Origin: a virus
Taxonomy: Duplodnaviria > Caudoviricetes
Strand: one strand, 5' to 3'
Length of the DNA: 53,164 nucleotides
IMG/VR virus record: IMGVR_UViG_3300048582_000047
Coordinates: 1-53,164 of that record
The notes under the pieces were generated by a model. It was given only the letters and a program-made list of their open reading frames with translations. It had not been told where the DNA came from and made no database searches. This document shows, in pieces, positions 46,395-53,164 of this stretch. How positions within the stretch are numbered: the stretch's first letter is position 1; every line of letters begins with the position of its first letter. Made by a program: the position numbers and the translations under genes.

Positions 46395-47804
46395 CTATCT
46401 GTGCGACAAACCTTTATTATCAGAGTATGCCAAATTAAGATCGGGCCTTGCGACCCCTTTTAAAGCTAATTCTGTGATAGCCCAAACAAGTGCATCTAGC
46501 CTATCTGGGGAACCAATAGACCCTAAAGGCTCCCACTGGACTAACTGATCCTCTAGGGCATCAAGACCCCTTGCGTGTTTAACTCTACCCCTCTCATAGA
46601 GGGATGAAACAGGTTCAGCACGAGCAAACTTACCACGGGAGGCATGAACCAACTTAACAGGGATAGTTTCATCTACTGTCTTGAAAGTAGAGCGCACCAT
46701 ATCTCCACCTTGGTTCCTTTCGGCGACCAAACGATCAGCGGAATACTTGTGGTATAATTCTACAGCCTTTGTAGCCCATTGTTCAGGGGTAAAGCGATCT
46801 GTAGCGTCCTCAAGGACGTAGCAGACACCGTTGATATCAATACCAGCAACAACAATACCTGTCATGTCTGATTCCTCGTTAGAGGTGACCGCAGGGTCAA
46901 CAGATACAACAACACGGTTGAGGGTTTCTGCAAACTCTACTGTATTAGGGATATCTACTTCACAACGGGCAAGTAAATCTCTTGTCCACAACGCACCAGA
47001 GGCTTCATCAAGAATTTCAGCATAAAGCTCTTGACGGCCAATCCTGGAACCTTCATAGGTGGTTCTAACGGACTCAATATAGGTTTCAGCTAAGTTAGCG
47101 GAGTTGTCAAAGGTAGAACCCGTAGTAACGGTTGTTTTGGGGTTCTTTAGGATATCACGAATAAGTTTAGTGGGTTTGGGGGTTGTTGTGATACAGACTT
47201 GTGGGTGTTTACCCAAGCGCAAACAGAATTGCAGCATGTCCCAAGTATCACGGTCTCTGTTCCAAGCACAGAGTTCATCACACCAAGCAAAGTCGCCTTG
47301 CGGTCCTCTGAGGCGTTCTGGTTCTTCTGCGGAAAAGAAGGTAATAGTAGCACCATTGGCCCAAGTGAGAGTCCTTTTAGTAGGAGACCACTCAGGCGCA
47401 CCAATTTCTTTTCCGTTAATGTCTTTGTCACCTTTCCAACAAGAAGCTAGAAAACCTGACTCACCCTTAATCATAACACGTTCAATATCAGAGTTTGTGG
47501 CTGCTACAGCCATCCCCCTACGATAACCACGCTTAATCTTTTCACGACACCACTCAACACCAGCCCTAGTCTTACCGAAACCTCTTCCAGCGTTGATTAA
47601 CCAAATATTCCACGGCTCACCGTTTTCATTTAGTTTAGGGGGTAGTTGCTCAGGTCTAGCCCAAAATCTCCAAGTATAGAGGAGTTCCTCTGCTTTGACA
47701 GGCCCAAGCTCTAGCAGTATTTTCTTAACGTCCACACCCATAGCCCGAAGGTCATCAGCGTGTAAGTTTAGACCGTTCTTGCCTAATTTACTCTGCATCA
47801 CCAT
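46395..47804 (-). CDS. terL: Terminase large subunit
   Basis: AGRGFGKT, LRGPQ, WCDE, TTTP, VDPA, SPDRLDALVWA. Confidence 0.97.
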   Translation of the reverse strand: MVMQSKLGKNGLNLHADDLRAMGVDVKKILLELGPVKAEELLYTWRFWARPEQLPPKLNENGEPWNIWLINAGRGFGKTRAGVEWCREKIKRGYRRGMAVAATNSDIERVMIKGESGFLASCWKGDKDINGKEIGAPEWSPTKRTLTWANGATITFFSAEEPERLRGPQGDFAWCDELCAWNRDRDTWDMLQFCLRLGKHPQVCITTTPKPTKLIRDILKNPKTTVTTGSTFDNSANLAETYIESVRTTYEGSRIGRQELYAEILDEASGALWTRDLLARCEVDIPNTVEFAETLNRVVVSVDPAVTSNEESDMTGIVVAGIDINGVCYVLEDATDRFTPEQWATKAVELYHKYSADRLVAERNQGGDMVRSTFKTVDETIPVKLVHASRGKFARAEPVSSLYERGRVKHARGLDALEDQLVQWEPLGSIGSPDRLDALVWAITELALKGVARPDLNLAYSDNKGLSHR

Positions 47805-48183
47805 TAGACTGACCCTTCAAGTTCAACTTGGCGAGCAGGTCATCAATAGCACTGGTGTTCTCGTCAAGGCTATTCGGGTCTTGCTCTTCAACGATAAGTT
47901 TCTCACTCCAACCAAGTTTAGTCTTGGCAACAAGTTCTAAAGCCTTCATGTCACGGTCAGCAAGAGCTTTCTCCATGATAGCAGAACCAATAGCTTGATG
48001 GAGTTGTGCCCTTGCTGCAACAATATCTTTACGGTAGAGTTTATAGAAAGTTGTGAGAGATTGGGGGCCATTGCGCATATCTTTGGTTTTATCAAAGATA
48101 ACGGAAACAGCAACACCGGCCAGAACCATGCTCTGCACAGTCTCACCAATTTTCATATCATATGGGAGGGAGAGTTGGTTCAT
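47788..48183 (-). CDS. terS: Terminase small subunit
   Basis: Immediately upstream of and overlapping terL; helical. Confidence 0.7.
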   Translation of the reverse strand: MNQLSLPYDMKIGETVQSMVLAGVAVSVIFDKTKDMRNGPQSLTTFYKLYRKDIVAARAQLHQAIGSAIMEKALADRDMKALELVAKTKLGWSEKLIVEEQDPNSLDENTSAIDDLLAKLNLKGQSNGDAE

Positions 48184-48433
48184 GATAACCTGTTATGTTA
48201 TACAGTAACGCCTGTAGGACAGGAGAGGTTTTCCTGCCACGACGCAATTATAATTCTACGGTAAAAAGAGATAATTAGCCGTTTCCGCTTGAGAAAGCCA
48301 ACAAAACAAAGCGGCGTGACTTATTAGGTCTACTCCAAACTTCCCACGGCAAACAGGAAGAGGGAATTAGTTTATAGGGAGTGAGGATTTTACCCTTACA
48401 GCAACATGCCCTATATCAGAGGTTGCCTAACGA

Positions 48434-48510
48434 TGGTGCTCCTGTCAGGAATTGAACCTGCTTAACCGCGTTACAAAGGCGGGCCTCATCCGGCTAAAGG
48501 TGTCAAGAGC
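48434..48510 (-). tRNA. tRNA-Thr(TGT), atypical
   Basis: Acceptor GCTCTTG/CAGGAGC, A73, CCA; loop TTTGTAA; C31.C39, no U8, G.A at T-stem base. Confidence 0.7.
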
Positions 48511-48511
48511 A

Positions 48512-49747
48512 TTACTTAGGGTTGATTCTCGCTGCATGTAACTCAAGAAGAGTTTGTGTCTCAGCGGGGGTCAAGATAGTGTTGTCTGTAACGGTAATAT
48601 TAGTATTCTTAGGGTCGCTGTAGATGGAGAAAGCTTTATTACCCTTAACAATAACGTTATTAGAGGGCCTACCATCCTTGTGAGTGAGTAAGTGAATCCA
48701 AGGGCGACCTAAATGTGGGGCACTCTTACCGTAAATGTTTAACACCAAGTTGTTTTCGACCACAGAGTTGGTTGCACCGTTAATAGTGATACCGTGCCAG
48801 TGGTCTGTTACAATCAGGTTGTCCTTAACAACCAGGTTATTCCAGAAACCATCAAAGAAACCTAAACCTTGACACTGAATACTGTCAGTAATCAACGGAT
48901 GATCTTTCGGTCCTGTCCATGAAACCAGAGTATTACCTACAATCTCAAGACCCTCAAATGGGGTAGTTCCCAGGTTAAACGACTGCAACATGTCATTGTG
49001 GTTATCGTTTACTTGAAAATTGTCGGCGGCGTAGTTATTATACACCTTAGCACTTGAGAAGGCTCTATAGGCGTCTCCACAGAAGCCCCTAAGCTTGTTA
49101 CCCTCTAAGACAACATTGCTACCTACAGTGAAACCAAATCCAACACCAGTAGCAAGGCAGTTCTTGATGGAACCTCCAATAGAACCATTATCCCCAACAG
49201 AACCAGCGTTATTCCACTTAGCTTTGTCCCAAGCGAAGTAGTCTGTATCTGGATGACCCCTAAATTCACAATCTAGAACGTGAAACCTACGATTGTCTTG
49301 ATAACCTACAAGAGCAGTCCATTGTTTATTGCGGTCTACAGAAAGATCGTCCCAAATGGACAGTTGTTCAACAGTAATGTCCGAGGCGTTCTGCAACAGA
49401 ACTTGTTGGATTCTAGCTTTACGCCTATTAACAGCCTTTACTGTAATCTTGCCGGGGGGCCTAAAGCCATCAAAACGTAAACGACCATAAGCACCATCTC
49501 TAAGATAAAGAATAGTGTCTTTGGTCGCTTTTCTAGCTGCCCCTACAACATCATCACCGGGGTTCAAGAAAACCTCATTGGGCGCTGACTCAGGTGGGGT
49601 GATAATAGGTGGCGAAACTACTGGGGGTGGGGAAACTACAGAAGGCTGTTCCTCCACTGTAGGATAACTGACGGTAATCTTGTGTTCAAAGGTGGCACCA
49701 TCAGCCAATGTCCACTTAGTTGTTCGACTTGTAGTTTTCATTGCCAT
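48512..49747 (-). CDS. Right-handed parallel beta-helix protein (pectin-lyase-like / depolymerase-like)
   Basis: Stacked xxNx repeats, HNDMLQSF, WHGITI; Pro-rich linker; start ATG 49747 after GAGGTG. Confidence 0.8.
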   Translation of the reverse strand: MAMKTTSRTTKWTLADGATFEHKITVSYPTVEEQPSVVSPPPVVSPPIITPPESAPNEVFLNPGDDVVGAARKATKDTILYLRDGAYGRLRFDGFRPPGKITVKAVNRRKARIQQVLLQNASDITVEQLSIWDDLSVDRNKQWTALVGYQDNRRFHVLDCEFRGHPDTDYFAWDKAKWNNAGSVGDNGSIGGSIKNCLATGVGFGFTVGSNVVLEGNKLRGFCGDAYRAFSSAKVYNNYAADNFQVNDNHNDMLQSFNLGTTPFEGLEIVGNTLVSWTGPKDHPLITDSIQCQGLGFFDGFWNNLVVKDNLIVTDHWHGITINGATNSVVENNLVLNIYGKSAPHLGRPWIHLLTHKDGRPSNNVIVKGNKAFSIYSDPKNTNITVTDNTILTPAETQTLLELHAARINPK

Positions 49748-49765
49748 ATTCAATACCACCTCTAT

Positions 49766-49841
49766 TGGCGAGGGTGGCTGGAATCGAACCAACGCTGACG
49801 CGGTTTTGGAGACCGCCGCTCTACCTCTGAGCTACACCGAC
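49766..49841 (-). tRNA. tRNA-Trp(CCA) with two acceptor-stem mismatches
   Basis: TAGCTCAG D arm, GCGGT-CTCCAAA-ACCGC, GTTGG-TTCGATT-CCAGC, G73, CCA. Confidence 0.85.
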
Positions 49842-49959
49842 AAATATACTATAACCTACTTACTGACTCGCCCCACTCTAAAGCTAAAGCGCGCGGCTAA
49901 AGTTAGAGGCCAGTTAGAAAATAGGGTGGCGGTTTATGCTTCCGCCAAAGCTTAGTCTA

Positions 49960-50187
49960 TTAGTTGTCGCGCTGTTCAATCAGGTCGATGAGGGCAGCAG
50001 CACCAACAGCACCAACCATGTTTTGACCATCCGGTTGGTCATTCGACAGAGCACAAGTTACATCTGCACGAACGGTATAGTTAGAACCATCAACAGGGAT
50101 GGTTTCACATCCATTGACGTTACCAGCAAAAGCAGCACCAGCAAACAGAGCGAAGGTAGCTGCGGTAGCAAGGAAGAACTTTTTCAT
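49960..50187 (-). CDS. Small secreted protein with signal peptide
   Basis: MKKFFLATAATFALFAGAAFA, two Cys, codon usage like the capsid genes. Confidence 0.75.
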   Translation of the reverse strand: MKKFFLATAATFALFAGAAFAGNVNGCETIPVDGSNYTVRADVTCALSNDQPDGQNMVGAVGAAALIDLIEQRDN

Positions 50188-50208
50188 TTGTTAAGCTTTC
50201 TTTATCGG

Positions 50209-50252
50209 GGGTCTAATCGCAGGGCGATTGACTTAAGCAAACTTTCGCTTGC
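50209..50252 (-). other. Double-hairpin element, copy C
   Basis: GCAAGC-GAAA-GTTTGC TTAA GTC A ATCGC-CCT-GCGAT TA GAC CC. Confidence 0.7.
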
Positions 50253-50363
50253 GGGTTAAATTGTTAGTTGACTTTAGAATAGGTGAAACAAAGAGCATCG
50301 GCTACGAAGCAACCTGAGTCAATCAAAGTATTGGGGTCTTGCGTAGGTTGCTCTTTGTTTAAT

Positions 50364-50393
50364 AGTATATAGTGCAGAAAAGTCATTTGTCAA
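50364..50393 (-). promoter_or_regulatory. sigma70-type promoter heading the late arm
   Basis: TTGACA-18 nt-TATACT. Confidence 0.75.
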
Positions 50394-50448
50394 GTAGCTG
50401 GCAAAAATAAATTTTGTGTAGGGTGCTTTTTTTCGATAATCACCCCCA

Positions 50449-50497
50449 GATCAGTTTAAGTAAACTGTCTATAGGCAGCGGCCTTGCCGCTAGCCCC
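50449..50497 (+). other. Double-hairpin element, copy D
   Basis: GATCAGTTT-AAGT-AAACTGTC TATA GGC A GCGGC-CTT-GCCGC TA GCC CC. Confidence 0.75.
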
Positions 50498-51050
50498 ACT
50501 GTTCTGCCATAGCCTCGGCAATTCCTTGATATGTTCTACTACGTTCTTTCCACCTATCGGGTGAGGGGGCCATCTTATGCACCCTAGCTTCTCTACCCTC
50601 AACGATATTAGTTGGGACAAGTTTAGGTAGGCCCTTTAGCCACAAGCAGGTAGCCTTGGTTTCTCCATGTCCAAACTGCCAAGGTTGAATAATCTGATCT
50701 GGTTTACGAATACGAGAACTGATAATGGAAATAGGGTTTTCCAGAGCAATCTTGGCAACAGGAGCATTAAGCAGTAAACGAACGAACTCTAAGGCTTCCT
50801 CTTGAACACCGGAGGCTTGTTTAGCAGCAAAGTGTCTAGCACCACTAACAGCAAGGTGAGTGCAAGGGGGGTGAGCAATCATAAAATCCCAACCATGCAA
50901 TTCATCGAGAATACCTAAAATATCCCCTTTGTAGTGGTAAGGGCTGTTATCTTCACTATCCAGAAGGTCACAAGACCAAGCGTCATGTCCCTTAGACCTA
51001 AAGGCTTCCCTAACTCGTCCTGAATACTCACAGGCAACTAATACTTTCAT
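50490..51050 (-). CDS. Short C5-cytosine DNA methyltransferase-like protein
   Basis: ACEYSG, HPPC, LENP, K.TCLW, RS.T..GIAEAMAEQWG. Confidence 0.85.
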   Translation of the reverse strand: MKVLVACEYSGRVREAFRSKGHDAWSCDLLDSEDNSPYHYKGDILGILDELHGWDFMIAHPPCTHLAVSGARHFAAKQASGVQEEALEFVRLLLNAPVAKIALENPISIISSRIRKPDQIIQPWQFGHGETKATCLWLKGLPKLVPTNIVEGREARVHKMAPSPDRWKERSRTYQGIAEAMAEQWG

Positions 51051-51123
51051 CTTTGGCTTTCTTTAACTTTGTTGGTTTTTTCTGTAGTATAGACGCTCTA
51101 ACTAAGAGTTAACTAAAGAGCAT

Positions 51124-51384
51124 TTAACAAATAGTAATGAACCCTTTAGCCCACTCCTCAACAAGAATAGGGTTAGGAGTAATAACTTCCCAACCAGCAT
51201 CAGGTAACACCCTAAAGCGGTCTGGTGCATCTACAAAAGACATAACAACCAAACTGTGACCTTCAAAGTCAAAAGCATAAGGTGGGGTGCCAGGGCCTTC
51301 GATATTAGAGTAAGTAAAGGTTAGACACTGGCCTTGAGTCTCTAGATCAATGGTTCCTTGGTCAAACTCGAAGAGAGTTGTCAA
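51124..51384 (-). CDS. Hypothetical protein
   Basis: TTG start after AGGAG. Confidence 0.6.
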   Translation of the reverse strand: MTTLFEFDQGTIDLETQGQCLTFTYSNIEGPGTPPYAFDFEGHSLVVMSFVDAPDRFRVLPDAGWEVITPNPILVEEWAKGFITIC

Positions 51385-51792
51385 AAGGGTGGCTCCTGAT
51401 TAGGGAAGGTTGGCTTCCATGCTACATAAGGTATTGGTTCGATAGTCTTGTGTGCAGCAGGTGATTCTTTGATACCCATCTGATTTAGGAACAGGTGTAG
51501 GTCTACAGGAAGGCTTTCCATAGAGAATCCGTTACTATTGCGTTAAAAACAGAAGTATTGACGAAAACTTATCAGTTTTCTTGGACAACAAGAAGATTAA
51601 GAGTATTCTAGTAGATTTTCCTACTATAATTGACTAAAACTACTAGTTATGAGTAAACTTATAGTTGCTGACTCAGATTCTAGAACAAACTATAAGTGAC
51701 TAACCTACTAGGTGCTGATTCAGATTGGAGTTATCCTTAATACGAGAGTCTTTAATACTATATGTATTGTTATTACTAGTAGTAGTTAGTAG

Positions 51793-52233
51793 TTAACTTA
51801 TGAGTTGTAGGTTTTCTATTCTTGTATTCATCTTATCACCGTCAATACAGATGATCCTGCTAGTGGGTCTATCACCTTTATGATAAATCCACACTAATGT
51901 TTTAGTAGTATAAACTTTACCAGATAATACTATTGAAGGGACACCCTCTTTAATACTCGTCTGAGCGACTTTACCCCCAAGCCTCTTAGCAAAGGAGTGC
52001 ATAGCTGCTGGACTAGAAAAAGAACTCTTTGTTCTAAATTTCCAATGCAACTTACCTGTGTCTTTATTGTAAGCAAATATGTTCTTTAGTTCTTCTTGTG
52101 TAGGGTAGTCCCCAGACACCAGAGGGATATTTCTATATGGGGTGTTGGGTTCTTTTCCAAACCTGTTCCACACGATGGCTTTTTTCACTGTTGCTCCATA
52201 AACTTTAAGCTTTGTTCCGGTTAACATAAGCAT
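51793..52233 (-). CDS. Degenerate HNH endonuclease-like protein
   Basis: F.YN.DTG.L.W, LVWIYH.G, I.CIDGDK.NTRIENL; the usual His is replaced by Cys. Confidence 0.7.
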   Translation of the reverse strand: MLMLTGTKLKVYGATVKKAIVWNRFGKEPNTPYRNIPLVSGDYPTQEELKNIFAYNKDTGKLHWKFRTKSSFSSPAAMHSFAKRLGGKVAQTSIKEGVPSIVLSGKVYTTKTLVWIYHKGDRPTSRIICIDGDKMNTRIENLQLIS

Positions 52234-52330
52234 GATTTTCAGAATTTCAAGGGGTAGATGACAAGAATATTATTCTTTTTTTTAGCCCAAGGTTGGAACG
52301 TTGTTCTTCCGTTATCGGTGCATCTTTGCT

Positions 52331-52359
52331 AAGTTACTGATTCTTTTACACCTTGTCAA
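52331..52359 (-). promoter_or_regulatory. sigma70-like promoter with GANTC in spacer
   Basis: TTGACA-17 nt-TAACTT. Confidence 0.55.
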
Positions 52360-52807
52360 ATTTTCCTTGGATATATAGCTGCCAACCACCCGCCAACGAA
52401 TCACCCCGTCAGAATCTCAAGGGTCCCAGGCACATCCAAGCTGCGTTGTCAATAGGCAATCGCATCTGGACCTATCAAATATCAATCGAGTGTGTCATAT
52501 ATGCATCAGTATGAGTCCAGATGGGACTGTTGCACCAGGGTCACACTACATGAGATACTTGCGATAAGGTATTATAATGCTTGACAAATTAGAAACAGGC
52601 GAGTGATTCGGTTAGCAATAACTGGCTATGTATACACCTTTAACATAGGGTATCTGGACTCATATGGTATAGCTGGACAACAGGCTAACACCATTGAATC
52701 CCCTTGCTATTGCACCATAGTCCTACAGCACCAGAGAGGACCGCCAAGGGGTCACTAGCATAGGCCAGGCTATGGGGGTAGCCTGTAAGGTTAGCACCTC
52801 TGTAGCA

Positions 52808-52854
52808 GGGGCTAATCGCAAGGCGATTGCCTATAGACAGCCTTGCGGCTAGTC
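52808..52854 (-). other. Double-hairpin element, copy B
   Basis: GACTAGCC-GCAA-GGCTGTC TATA GGC A ATCGC-CTT-GCGAT TA GCC CC. Confidence 0.75.
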
Positions 52855-52901
52855 CGCTGTTTCAGAAGATAGGTAATAGGTATTGACCTAGTAATCTGAA
52901 C

Positions 52902-52926
52902 AAAAGAAAAGGGCGCTATGCGCCCT
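52902..52926 (-). terminator. Intrinsic terminator (allele of 481-506)
   Basis: AGGGCGC-ATA-GCGCCCT + TTTCTTTT. Confidence 0.8.
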
Positions 52927-52950
52927 AGTCAGTAGATCAAGCTGGAAAGG

Positions 52951-53124
52951 CTATTGCCCTAGGTCATCAAGGCTGGATGGTTCACACATAACGCCATTGC
53001 CTTCGGTCATGCCTAGCAACAGGTTATCGGCGATCTGGACACAATCGCCCCAAGACTCATAGGCGGCAATCTCTATTGGCAAGCCTTGAACGGGGTAGAA
53101 TACCAGAATCCATACTTTGAGCAT
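52951..53124 (-). CDS. Diverged allele of 531-704
   Basis: Identical N-half, substituted C-half, frame intact. Confidence 0.7.
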   Translation of the reverse strand: MLKVWILVFYPVQGLPIEIAAYESWGDCVQIADNLLLGMTEGNGVMCEPSSLDDLGQ

Positions 53125-53164
53125 CTCAGAGTCCTTTCCAGTAAGAGGCAACACAGACAGACAC

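Larger units (their letters stand above)
52385..53164. repeat. Right copy of diverged terminal direct repeat
   Basis: Aligns to 1-744 with net +36 nt. Confidence 0.95.

Noticed and set aside
51097-51113. CtrA box (CTAA-N7-TTAAC)
   Set aside because: Single imperfect match in AT-rich DNA; not distinguishable from chance
1-53164. Lysogeny module, diversity-generating retroelement or phage RNA polymerase
   Set aside because: No integrase, repressor, reverse transcriptase or RNAP motifs in any ORF; end-copy differences are not adenine-specific

Overview
The window is an essentially complete ~52.4 kb genome of a lytic siphovirus-type tailed phage. No integrase, repressor or RNA polymerase was seen. 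The host is probably an alphaproteobacterium (Rhodobacteraceae-like); this is inferred from dense GANTC/TGATTCG sites at early promoters and an H-NS/HvrA-like ORF. Layout: a leftward early operon (531-3093), a ~1 kb regulatory gap, then a rightward early/replication/nucleotide-metabolism arm (4084-26579). That arm encodes primase-helicase, a family A polymerase split by a methyltransferase, SSB, ThyX, exonuclease, resolvase, NrdJ, PhoH, a MazG-like protein and Tad1/Tad2-like sponges. A bidirectional terminator at ~26.6 kb separates it from a leftward late arm (terminase, portal, a 5-gene appendage cassette, capsid, tail, lysis). There are three atypical tRNA genes. The two ends carry diverged copies of the same ~750 bp region, and the last 127 nt match 618-744 exactly. 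The most notable unexplained signal is a four-copy covarying double-hairpin element (hairpin-TATA/TTAA-GGC A[stem-loop]TA GCC CC). Others are clustered TGT-N12-ACA and TGATTCG boxes, tRNAs with C.C-opened anticodon stems or a mismatched acceptor stem, a beta-helix gene wedged between two tRNAs, and an HNH gene that duplicates the N-terminus of its neighbour. All calls come from motif recognition by eye; no database searches were run.
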